From positions 64,001 to 128,000 of the forward strand of contig CAVSZB010000002.1 of assembly GCA_963732385.1 (NCBI GenBank): a DNA stretch of 64,000 bases, read 5' to 3'. The notes under the pieces are model-generated. The model did not search any database. It was given only the letters and a program-made list of their open reading frames with translations, and was not told the DNA's origin. The DNA comes from an uncultured bacterium. Its GTDB lineage: Bacteria > Krumholzibacteriota > Krumholzibacteriia > LZORAL124-64-63. Positions within the stretch are counted from its first letter, which is position 1, and each line of letters begins with the position of its first letter. Position numbers and translations under genes: made by a program. Below, piece after piece: positions 48,983 through 57,712 of the stretch.

Positions 48983-49020
48983 GTGCCGGGTTTGGCTTAT
49001 TTGGCTTATTTGGCTTGTTT
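48983..49020. repeat. 9-bp tandem-unit element, copy 2 (reverse orientation)
   Basis: Reverse complement reads aaacaagcc aaataagcc aaataagcc aaacccggcac; contains the TAA stop of the 49006-49686 gene. Confidence 0.85.
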
Positions 49021-49686
49021 GCGACGAACCAGCCCCATCAACCCCAGCGCCGACCCGAGCAACCAGCCCGCAGCCGGCACCGGCACGGTGGTGGCACCGA
49101 TATCGCCCGGATGAACGGCCATGGCCCGGATGGCGCCGGCCTTGTTGTTGACGTACTGATTGCCGCCACCGAAGTAGAACTGCCAGGCGTAGGTGCTGAG
49201 GGTGGCGACCGAGGTGGAAGACCAGTACTGATTGGACGTCAGGTTGGTGAACAGGCTGTAGTTGGCGTTGTGGAAGTCTTCGATGTTGGTGCCATTGCCG
49301 GCCACACCACCGAGTTCGTTGTAGAAGAGATGGCCCATCTCGCTGCCCGTGCAGTTCCAGCCACCGTTGCCGAACGAATACTGGTTGGCACAGCTGCTGT
49401 CCGGTTGCAGGGTGGTCGGCAGACGCCAGTCGCTGAAGCCGCCGTAGGTGAGTTGATCCGCCCAGGCCATGGCATAGGCGTGAGTCATCAGGCCATCCGT
49501 TGCGTCCTGGGTGTCATAGCCGCTGGTATAGGCGTAGTTGGCATCGGCCAGCCAGGTGATGTTCAGATCGGTGTCGTAGATCAGTCCGCCACCACGGTCG
49601 ACAAGTGCGGCATTGGCAATGCCAGGCAGGGCAAAAAAAACGCAAATCATGACGGCGGTCGACAGACCGCCTGGATGGCGACGCAT
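49006..49686 (-). CDS. DUF1566-like VPLPA-CTERM surface protein
   Basis: YDTDLNITWLADAN, GGFSDWRLP, SEMGHLFY, YWSST; VPVPAAGWLLGSAL tail. Confidence 0.85.
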   Translation of the reverse strand: MRRHPGGLSTAVMICVFFALPGIANAALVDRGGGLIYDTDLNITWLADANYAYTSGYDTQDATDGLMTHAYAMAWADQLTYGGFSDWRLPTTLQPDSSCANQYSFGNGGWNCTGSEMGHLFYNELGGVAGNGTNIEDFHNANYSLFTNLTSNQYWSSTSVATLSTYAWQFYFGGGNQYVNNKAGAIRAMAVHPGDIGATTVPVPAAGWLLGSALGLMGLVRRKQAK

Positions 49687-49805
49687 CGGAGTTCTCCACG
49701 GCTGGCTGGGTTACGGTGCAGGCAGCGGCAGGATACCGCAGGCGCGCCAGTGCCATGAATGGATGCTGACATAATCCCCGCGGAAGCGGCAGATCCTGCC
49801 AGTCT

Positions 49806-50240
49806 TCAACGACGCTCCCAGAACCTCTGCATCTCGATGTACATGAATGACGCCGTCCAGGTAATCAGCACCAGACCGGTCAGTGTTTCCAGACCGGCAA
49901 GAAAACGCAGATTACCGATGGGAACAATGTCGCCTATGCCCAGCGACGTGTACGTCACGAACGAGAAATACACCGAGTCCAGCAGCGAGTGCTGGTAGTT
50001 GCCCACCAGGTTGCCGAATGCCGGGTTCATCACCAGAAAATAAAAACCGGCACCAAATACCCAGATCTCGATCACATGGGCAGTGAGCGCCCCAAGCAAC
50101 CCCATGACAACCTTCATGCGGTGCTGTATCGGCCATCTGGGAATGAGCACCGACAGCACACGCAGAATTTCATAGTGGATCACCACTGCGACGGCGATCA
50201 GTGCGCCGTTGATGATCCAGGCCTGGAGAATGATTGGCAT
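49806..50240 (-). CDS. Small ion-channel (Ion_trans_2) family protein
   Basis: YFSFVTYTSLGIGDIVP pore loop flanked by TM helices. Confidence 0.85.
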   Translation of the reverse strand: MPIILQAWIINGALIAVAVVIHYEILRVLSVLIPRWPIQHRMKVVMGLLGALTAHVIEIWVFGAGFYFLVMNPAFGNLVGNYQHSLLDSVYFSFVTYTSLGIGDIVPIGNLRFLAGLETLTGLVLITWTASFMYIEMQRFWERR

Positions 50241-50307
50241 GGTTGATCCGGGATCAGCCCTGCGTCTGGTTGACAGTCATCGAGCCATTCACCTTCGTTG
50301 CCACCGC

Positions 50308-50757
50308 TCAGCCTTTTCGGCCAACTCGTGCAATTTTACGGCCGGCAGGACGGTCGGATCGGGCTCCGGCGATCCGCGCCAGTGCTGCCTCGGCAATAAA
50401 GCCGGAGCGGCTCGTATTCTCCGCAGCTGCCGCACGATCGATCTGGGTGAGCAAGCGCTCCGGCAACGTAATGTTTACACGCCTTGCGCCGCTCATCAGC
50501 CGCGATGGGTTGATTTCGACCATGAACCAGATGCCACCGCGATACTCGCGCCTGCGTTGGAACGCTTCGACCGGCAGCATTTCAGGTAACAATTCCCCAT
50601 CTTCCAACATGCCTTCGAGGTGAAGTTCGATGGCTTGGCGGGCATGGATCAGCGCCTCGTCGATGGATTCACCAGCTGAAAAGCAACCAGGCAGTGCAGG
50701 AACCGTCACCCCATAATCGGATATCCGGTCTTTGTGAATGACGACGGGGACAAGCAT
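50308..50757 (-). CDS. hicB: HicB antitoxin
   Basis: YGVTVPALPGCFSAGES; C-terminal RHH segment RVNITLP...SRSGFI. Confidence 0.92.
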   Translation of the reverse strand: MLVPVVIHKDRISDYGVTVPALPGCFSAGESIDEALIHARQAIELHLEGMLEDGELLPEMLPVEAFQRRREYRGGIWFMVEINPSRLMSGARRVNITLPERLLTQIDRAAAAENTSRSGFIAEAALARIAGARSDRPAGRKIARVGRKG

Positions 50758-50758
50758 G

Positions 50759-50965
50759 TCAATCTTCTCTCATTCTGGCGTTGGGCCAGATCCAGCCCGC
50801 CTGCCGGAAAATGCTCCGCAACGTACCGATCGGCAAATCCTTGACTGGATGCGGCACAGTGACGCGGCGCGCCCCAAGCATGTATTGCCTATGGCTTCCC
50901 TTGGTGCGGACCAGCCGCCAGCCCTCGCGTTCCAGTCTGCGGATGCAGCCTGCCGAACCAGTCAT
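50759..50965 (-). CDS. hicA: HicA toxin
   Basis: LEREGW..RTKGSH..VTVPHP.KDLPIGTLRSIFRQAG. Confidence 0.9.
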   Translation of the reverse strand: MTGSAGCIRRLEREGWRLVRTKGSHRQYMLGARRVTVPHPVKDLPIGTLRSIFRQAGWIWPNARMRED

Positions 50966-50998
50966 GGATGATATACACACCAATACACACGCTACAAG
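50966..50998 (-). promoter_or_regulatory. hicAB promoter/operator (likely leaderless)
   Basis: TTGTAG...TATCAT directly before the ATG, with tandem GTGTGTAT repeats in the spacer. Confidence 0.5.
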
Positions 50999-51113
50999 CG
51001 CGCCATCGTGTGAGCGTGAACTCGCGTGTTGCAGATTGCCTGCTGCAAATCGGCCGCGTTTGATAAGAAACGGGACCGCACGGCCAGCCAACTTGGCAGA
51101 CCCGGTCTGACCA

Positions 51114-51145
51114 ATACTTAAACAATCAAATGCCCCGGCACCGAG
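51114..51145 (+). repeat. Imperfect direct repeat, left copy
   Basis: atacttaaacaatcaaatgccccggcaccgag matches 53804-53835 at 27/32 positions. Confidence 0.7.
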
Positions 51146-51149
51146 GCTC

Positions 51150-51914
51150 TCACCACGGCAGTGACGATCCGTCGTAATTGAGGAATTGCCCGGCGTCGGT
51201 GGCATCCAGCCTGTCGATCACGCCGATCATGCCCTGCACGGCGACTTCGGCCGTAATGAGCTGGATGACCCCGGCACGCACCAGCGCGACGATCGGTGCC
51301 ATGTCCTCGGGAGGCGGTTCGTCAGGGCGCAGCCTGAGCAAGCCGCGCGTGTCGGCGAGCCCCGGATTGACCAGGCCGACAACGATGCCGCGGGGTGCCA
51401 GTTCGAGCGCAAGCCCGCGCGCCAGCAGGTGGGCGGCTGCCTTGCTGGCCCGGTAGGCGTAGAGATTCATCGGCGGACGCAACAGGGCGATCGCACCTGC
51501 GGCACTGCCAAGGAACACGATCTTTTTCAGGGCGCTGCGCGCCACGTGCCCGACGAAAGCCTCGGCAACGCGCAGCGGACCCGTGGCATTGGCGGCGAAC
51601 GAGTCGGCAAAGAGCGCGCTGTCGAGGCCGCCGAAGCGCTGGCCCGTCTGCGGCCCGAGGAATGCGGAATTGAGCAGCAGCAGGTCGATCGGCGTGGCCT
51701 CGAGTCGTGCTGCGAGGTCGACACCCTGGCTTTGCACCGTGACATCGAGTGCCTCGATGACGACCGCTGGCGCCTGCGCCGCCAACTCGCGCAACTGTGC
51801 AGCCTCACCGGGCTGCCGACAGGTCGCAATGACCCGCCACCCGGCAGCCGCGTACTGACGGGCAAACTCCAGACCCAGGCCACGGTTGGCCCCGGTGATC
51901 AGCACTGTCGGCAT
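51150..51914 (-). CDS. SDR oxidoreductase (CsgA-like, no export signal)
   Basis: TGANRGLG, YRASK; same DG..LPW C-terminus as the SDRs at 16-17 kb. Confidence 0.9.
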   Translation of the reverse strand: MPTVLITGANRGLGLEFARQYAAAGWRVIATCRQPGEAAQLRELAAQAPAVVIEALDVTVQSQGVDLAARLEATPIDLLLLNSAFLGPQTGQRFGGLDSALFADSFAANATGPLRVAEAFVGHVARSALKKIVFLGSAAGAIALLRPPMNLYAYRASKAAAHLLARGLALELAPRGIVVGLVNPGLADTRGLLRLRPDEPPPEDMAPIVALVRAGVIQLITAEVAVQGMIGVIDRLDATDAGQFLNYDGSSLPW

Positions 51915-51944
51915 CGATGCGCTTCCTCTTGCGTGTCCTGTTGT

Positions 51945-53072
51945 TCAGCCTTCAGCCACGAATGGCACCGGCGGATAAATCCAGTGCTGCGGATCGCTGC
52001 GCCGTGCCGGCGAGGGAATCACCCGCACCTCGCCATTCTGCTCGCTCGCAGCGAGCGCGAGACGATCGATCTGCCAGCCGCGGCTGCGCAGCTCGCGCAT
52101 GAGCTTCCAGTACGCCTGCATCAACAGGTCTTCACGGTCGATCTTGATGGCCGGAAAATCCGGCACGTCCGGTGCGCGTTTGGGCAGGTGCGCCTCGGCA
52201 ATCGGCTTGTCCTGGTAGACGTTGCGCAGGTTGCGCTGCAGGTGATCCTTGTCCTTGTCTTCCTCGAGCATGAAGTTCCGGAAGGCGATGAGGTACATCT
52301 TCGTGTTCTCCTCGTCGATTGGCGTCGACATCGAATAGAACACGTTGCAGAAGCTGCTGCCCGGCATGCCGATCTGCACCTTGCCGTACAGTGTGAAGCC
52401 CGGCAGGTAGAACGTCAGCCACGAGTTGACCTCGGTGCGCCCCTCGCGCATCTTCGCCCAGCTGCCGGCGGGCGGTGGCGGCCGCGAGACGAGATGGGTG
52501 CGGAAGCCGTTGTCCAGCCATTCCACGCTGTGCTCGGAGGGCCGGCTCGGGTTCTCCTCGTTGAGCGGAATGCCATGCACGATGTGCAGGTGCACCTGGT
52601 CGAGGTCGACCATCTTCGCCCAGTGCACGTTGGCCTTCCAGGTATCGGAGAAGGTCACCCGGCGCCATTCGGGATTGTTGTCCTCGGGCATGTCGAAGAG
52701 TTGATGGGCCTCGTCCTGGCGGTCGCCGAGAAATACCCAGACCAGGCCGTGGCGTTCCTGCACCGGATAGCTGTCGACCTTGGCCGCGGCCGGGATGTCG
52801 GCGGTCGGCTTCAGCTGCGAGGGAATGCAGGTGCAGCGACCCTGCGCATCGAAACGCCAGCCGTGGAACACGCAGGACAGCGTGCCATCGTCCTGACGCT
52901 TGCCCTGTGCGAGGCTCGCACCACGGTGACAGCAGGTGTTGCTGAGGCACACGGCCCGGCCTTCGAGATCGCGATAGAGCACGAATTCGCGCCCCAGCAT
53001 CTTGACCTTGACGGGCTGCGCCGTGACGTTTTCGCTCCACTCGGCGATGTACCAGACATTGGCGAACATCAT
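51945..53072 (-). CDS. Rieske non-heme iron oxygenase alpha subunit
   Basis: CCHRGASL...CVFHGW; DQVHLHIVH; shares the IPSPARR C-terminal motif with the 17805-18953 gene. Confidence 0.92.
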   Translation of the reverse strand: MMFANVWYIAEWSENVTAQPVKVKMLGREFVLYRDLEGRAVCLSNTCCHRGASLAQGKRQDDGTLSCVFHGWRFDAQGRCTCIPSQLKPTADIPAAAKVDSYPVQERHGLVWVFLGDRQDEAHQLFDMPEDNNPEWRRVTFSDTWKANVHWAKMVDLDQVHLHIVHGIPLNEENPSRPSEHSVEWLDNGFRTHLVSRPPPPAGSWAKMREGRTEVNSWLTFYLPGFTLYGKVQIGMPGSSFCNVFYSMSTPIDEENTKMYLIAFRNFMLEEDKDKDHLQRNLRNVYQDKPIAEAHLPKRAPDVPDFPAIKIDREDLLMQAYWKLMRELRSRGWQIDRLALAASEQNGEVRVIPSPARRSDPQHWIYPPVPFVAEG

Positions 53073-53752
53073 GATTTTTTTCTCCTGCTGAATTCACTGA
53101 CGGGCTGCGCTGGCAGTGCGGCGGCTGACTGTGCAACCCTTGTCGCTACATCGGTAGCTTCGCGATGCGGAAGCCCCAGCATCTGCAACACCAGAACGGA
53201 AAACTGGCGCTCGACGTCTGGCGGTGCCCGGCCGAGCAACATGTCCTGAAGCAACGGACAGGCAGCACCGCGTATCGCCGCTGCCGCGACTCCCGGATCG
53301 CCAACCCGGAAGCGGCCCTTGCGCAAGCCGGCAGCGATCATCCGCACCAGGGCATCACCGGCGCGCTTGTGACCGACTTCCTGCAGACTGCCCTGGCGCA
53401 CCATGACCCAGGCCACCGCCGGGTCTTTGCGGGCCACGCTCAGGGTATGGATGGCGTTCATCGCAATCGCCTCGGCGGGATCCGCCGTCCGGGAGAAAAC
53501 CCCGACCTTGTGGGCAATGTCGGCCTCGAAGAAATCGGCCGCGATCGCCTCGATGAGCGAATCCAGGGAAACAAAGTGATTGTAGAAGGACGGTTGCGAG
53601 ACCCCTGCTTCGCGCACGATCTCCATCACGGTCGCCGCAGATGCGCCTTTGCGGGCGAGCACCCGGCGTCCGGCATCGAGCAGCGCGCGGCGGGTGCGCT
53701 CCCAGCGCGGGTCCGTCCGGGTGGATTCGGGCAGGCGTGGTACGGCGGTCAT
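53069..53752 (-). CDS. TetR/AcrR family regulator
   Basis: N-terminal HTH: TVMEIVREAGVSQPSFYNHF. Confidence 0.93.
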   Translation of the reverse strand: MTAVPRLPESTRTDPRWERTRRALLDAGRRVLARKGASAATVMEIVREAGVSQPSFYNHFVSLDSLIEAIAADFFEADIAHKVGVFSRTADPAEAIAMNAIHTLSVARKDPAVAWVMVRQGSLQEVGHKRAGDALVRMIAAGLRKGRFRVGDPGVAAAAIRGAACPLLQDMLLGRAPPDVERQFSVLVLQMLGLPHREATDVATRVAQSAAALPAQPVSEFSRRKKS

Positions 53753-53753
53753 G

Positions 53754-53785
53754 GCATCTATTTAGCAACATGCTAAATAAGATGC
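53754..53785. promoter_or_regulatory. Putative TetR operator palindrome
   Basis: GCATC TATTTAGCA-aca-TGCTAAATA a GATGC immediately upstream of the tetR ATG. Confidence 0.75.
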
Positions 53786-53803
53786 AAGGGGGTGCTCACC
53801 GCG

Positions 53804-53835
53804 ATACTCGAATAATCAAATGCGCCGGCACCGGG
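53804..53835 (+). repeat. Imperfect direct repeat, right copy (mrcB upstream region)
   Basis: atactcgaataatcaaatgcgccggcaccggg. Confidence 0.7.
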
Positions 53836-53846
53836 TAAACTGCGTC

Positions 53847-56162
53847 ATGGCCCGACGTTCCCGGAAAAACCTGCGCCAGTACCTGAGCCGCCGCCTGCTC
53901 TTCGGGCTGGCGGGGCTGGCCGTGCTGCTGGTGTCTGCGCTGGCGATCTGGATCTGGCTGCTCGACCGCCAGATCGTGCAGCAGTTCGAGGGCCGACGCT
54001 GGGATCTGCCGGCCCAGGTGTATGCGCGACCGCTGGAACTCTATGCCGGCCAGCGGCTCAGCGCCGACGAACTGCAGCGCGAACTCACCGCACTCGGCTA
54101 CTCGACCGCTTCCACCATCAAGACCCAGGGCACCTTTGCACGCCTGAGCGGCCGGATCGTGTTGATGACCCGTCCCTTCCAGTTCTGGGACAGTGCACAA
54201 CCGGCGCAGAAGGCCACCATCAGCTTCGGTGCCGACGGCATCACCGCGCTGAACGATGAGCGCGGCCGCGACCTGCCGCTGCTGCGCCTCGACCCACCCT
54301 TCATCGGCAATATCTTCACCGCCCACGGCGAAGACCGGATGGTGCTGGGCCCGGACCAGGTGCCCGAACTGCTGCTGGAGTCGCTCAAGATCGTCGAGGA
54401 CCGCGACTTCGACAGGCACGGCGGCATCTCCCTGCGCGCCATCACCCGCGCCATGTGGGCGAATATCCGCGCCGGCGGCATCGAACAGGGCGGCAGCACG
54501 CTCACCCAGCAGCTGGTGCGCAGCTATTTCCTGGACAACAGCCGCACGCTGAGCCGCAAGCTGCGCGAAGCGCTGATGTCCATCCTGCTGGAACTGCACT
54601 TCGACAAGCCGGACTGCTCAACGCCTACGTCAACGAGATCTACCTGGGCCAGGCCGGCGACCGCGCGATTCACGGCTTCGGACTGGCCAGCCAGTTCTAC
54701 TTCGGCAAACCGCTGACCGAACTCGAGCCGCAGGAAACGGCACTGCTGATCGCGGTGGTCCGCGGCCCCTCCTGGTACGACCCCAGGCGTCAGCCGGAAC
54801 GCACGCGCAAGCGCCGCGACATGATCCTGGATCTGATGGCCGAGTTCGAGCTGATTCCGGAAGCGGTCGCCAGCAAGGCCAAACAGCGCGAACTGGGCGT
54901 GCGTGGAAAAGCCACCAGCTTCGCCAGCTACAACCCGACCTTCATGGATCTGGTACGGCGCGAACTGCGCGCCGACTACAAGGAGGAGGATCTGCTCAAC
55001 GCCGGGCTGCGCATCATGACCACGCTGGATCCGCGCATCCAGGCACTGGCCGAGCAGCGCCTGAAGGAAGGCCTGGATGAGCTGGAAACCAGCCGGAAGC
55101 GCAAGGCCGGTTCACTCGACGGCGCCATCGTGGTCACCGGCACCCAGACGCCGGACGTGGTGGCGATCGTCGGTGGCCGCAATGCGCGCATGCAGGGCTT
55201 CAACCGGGCACTGGACGCGAAGCGGCCGATCGGTTCGCTGGTCAAACCGGTGGTCTTTCTGGCCGGCTTCGAGTCGGGGCGTTACACCGCCGCCACGCTC
55301 ATCGACGATGCGCCACTCAGCATCCGCCTCGATACCGGCAAGACCTGGAGTCCGCAGAACTACGATCGCCAGTATCGGGGTCCGGTGCCCGCCGTGCGCG
55401 CGCTGGCGGAGTCCCTGAACACGCCGACCGTGCGCATGGGCATGGACGTGGGGCCGAAAAAAGTTGCCCGGCTGCTTCAAGTCACTGGGCTTGACCAAGG
55501 CGCCGCAGCCATTGCCATCCCTGCTGCTGGGGGCCGTGGACCTCACGCCGATGGAAGTTGCCCAGGTTTACAACAGCCTTGGCAATGGCGGGTTTCACGC
55601 CCCGCTCAAGGCCGTGCGCGCGGTACTCGATGCCGACGGCAAACCGCTGGAACGCTATCAACTGAAGATCAATCGCGCGGCCGACCCCTCCGCCGTCGCA
55701 CAACTGACCGCCAGCATGCTGCAGGTCGTTGACCGCGGTACCGCGCGGGGGGCCAGACGCTGGCTGCCGGCCGATCTGGGCGTGGCCGGCAAGACCGGCA
55801 CTTCCGATGATCTGCGCGACAGCTGGTTTGCCGGCTTCACCAATGATCACGTCGTGGTGGTCTGGGTCGGCGCAGACGACAACTCGCCGACCGGACTCAG
55901 CGGCGCCTCCGGTGCATTGCCGATATGGGCGCGTCTGGTCGCCGGCTTCGGCGACCTCGGTTACGAGGCGCTGCCGGCGGAAGACCTGGCGGATGTGTCT
56001 TTCGACTATGCAACTGGCATGATGGCGCGCGCAGAGTGCGGCGACCTGATCAGCTTGCCGCTGCCGGCGGGAACAGTCCTGCCAGCACGACCAGACTGCA
56101 TACCGGAATCCGACAATCTCACCAGGCGTGGCATCGAATGGCTGAAGGATTTGCTCAACTGA
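53847..56162 (+). CDS. mrcB: Penicillin-binding protein 1B; two apparent indels (about 54614 and 55477)
   Basis: UB2H region, EDRDF, QGGSTLTQQLV, EIYLGQ, IGSLVKP (SxxK), SLN and KTGT motifs across three frames. Confidence 0.9.
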
Positions 56163-56662
56163 AACCGCACGGCAACCTTGTCCGGACCATTGCGCCTGCC
56201 CTGCTGCTGATCGCGACGCTCAGCGGCTGCGTCCCGCCCGGACCTGCCACCCGGCCATCCGAACCGAAGGCGCCGGTACCGGCCACCCCCCGCCCCGTGC
56301 CGGCACCCGCACCCACGCCGGCGCCGCCACCCGCAGCGCCGGCAATTCCAACACCCGCACCACCATCGGCCCCGGTACGCGTCATTCCGCCGGTGAGCCC
56401 GGCCAGTCAGGCGCTGCTCAACGAGAGTCGCAGCCATGCCGCCGCCGGACGCAACGCGCAGGCCGCCGCTTCCATCGAGCGTGCGCTGCGCATCGAACCG
56501 CGCCATCCGCTGCTGTGGCTTGAACTCGGCAACCTGCGACTGAAAGAAGGTGACTACGCCCAGGCCGAGAGCCTCGGCCGCAAGGCGCTGAGCCTCAGCG
56601 CCGGCGACGCCGCAATTTCGGCCCGCGCCCAGCAACTGATCAGCGCTGCAAAAAAACGGTAG
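56138..56662 (+). CDS. TPR lipoprotein, LpoP-like PBP1B activator
   Basis: Lipobox LSGC, Pro-rich linker, TPR (AAASIERALRIEP); directly downstream of mrcB. Start uncertain. Confidence 0.75.
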   Translation: MAEGFAQLKPHGNLVRTIAPALLLIATLSGCVPPGPATRPSEPKAPVPATPRPVPAPAPTPAPPPAAPAIPTPAPPSAPVRVIPPVSPASQALLNESRSHAAAGRNAQAAASIERALRIEPRHPLLWLELGNLRLKEGDYAQAESLGRKALSLSAGDAAISARAQQLISAAKKR

Positions 56663-56752
56663 GAGCGCCTTCATGTGGGAGCGCCTTCATGTGGGAGCGC
56701 CTTCAGGCGCGATCTCCCGGCGGGCAAAAGTCGCGGCTGAAGCCGCTCCTAC
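56659..56752. repeat. REPIN with two 16-bp 5' stutters
   Basis: gtaggagcgccttcat gtgggagcgccttcat gtgggagcgccttcaggcgcgatc ... tcgcggctgaagccgctcctac. Confidence 0.92.
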
Positions 56753-57690
56753 GCGCGCGGCGCAGCGGCCCGTTGCAGACGGTCGTTTATCGCCGCACCC
56801 AGACCGTGCTCGGGCACCGGTGCAACGGCAATGCTCGCCACCCCGCTGTCATCCAGTGTGCGCAGCATCGCAAACAGATTGGCAGCCGCTTCAGCCAGGT
56901 CACCGCGGCGGGACAGGTTCAGGCTGCCCTCACGCTGGTGCGGACCAAAACCGAGAAAGGCCTCGCCTGGTTCGGGCGCAACCGCATTGATGCGCAACCG
57001 CGCGCGCGGCGCATAGTGCGAAGCGAGCTGGCCCGGCGCTTCGATGCGCCCGGCCGGCAGCACGGAAATTTCATCGACGACCGTCAGCAGTGCCTCGCGA
57101 CTCACGCCACCGGGGCGCAGCAAGCGCACTGGCTCCCCCGGCAGCACGGCGACGATGGTCGATTCCAGCCCGACCTGCGCCGGCCCGGCATCGAGCACCA
57201 GGCCAGACCGCTCGCCGAGTTCTGCAACCACGTCCTGTGCCGTGGTCGGACTGATATGCCCGGAACGATTGGCAGACGGTGCCGCCAGCGGGCGACCAAA
57301 GGCACGGATCAGCGCCAGCGCCACCGGATGCCCCGGCATGCGCAGCGCCACTGTCGGCAGACCCGCACGTGCCAGCTCACAGACCCGGCCCGTGGGCGCA
57401 ACGGGCAATACCAGGGTCAGCGGTCCGGGCCAGAACCGCGCGGCGAGACGCCGTGCACGCTCGTCGAACACGGCCTCGCTGGTCGCCATCTCGAGACTGG
57501 CGACATGTGCGATCAGCGGATTGAACTGCGGGCGGCCCTTTGCGGCATAGATGCGGGCGACGGCGAGATCACTGCCCGCATCGGCGGCCAGCCCGTAGAC
57601 GGTCTCGGTCGGCAGTCCCACGAACTCGCCACGCTGCAAACGCTCGACCGCCTCGGCGATGGCCGACTCGCCCGCATCAACGATATCCAT
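56749..57690 (-). CDS. tsaC: L-threonylcarbamoyladenylate synthase (Sua5-type)
   Basis: PTETVYGL, KGRPQFNPLI, FWPGPLT, APSAN, PGQLASHYAP, AINDRL. Confidence 0.95.
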   Translation of the reverse strand: MDIVDAGESAIAEAVERLQRGEFVGLPTETVYGLAADAGSDLAVARIYAAKGRPQFNPLIAHVASLEMATSEAVFDERARRLAARFWPGPLTLVLPVAPTGRVCELARAGLPTVALRMPGHPVALALIRAFGRPLAAPSANRSGHISPTTAQDVVAELGERSGLVLDAGPAQVGLESTIVAVLPGEPVRLLRPGGVSREALLTVVDEISVLPAGRIEAPGQLASHYAPRARLRINAVAPEPGEAFLGFGPHQREGSLNLSRRGDLAEAAANLFAMLRTLDDSGVASIAVAPVPEHGLGAAINDRLQRAAAPRA

Positions 57691-57712
57691 GCGCCAGCCT
57701 CATGCGCGGCAC

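Noticed and set aside
49687..49760. Sigma54 promoter for the VPLPA-CTERM genes
   Set aside because: TGGCAC is present on the minus strand but there is no GC at the required -12 spacing.
51186..53249. Long plus-strand ORF (687 aa) and similar ORFs such as 9268-10959, 17697-19289 and 60248-62158
   Set aside because: Antisense shadows of well-supported genes, expected in high-GC DNA, with no recognisable motifs.
54600..55490. Programmed ribosomal frameshifting in mrcB
   Set aside because: No slippery heptamer at either shift point, and similar indels occur in many neighbouring genes.
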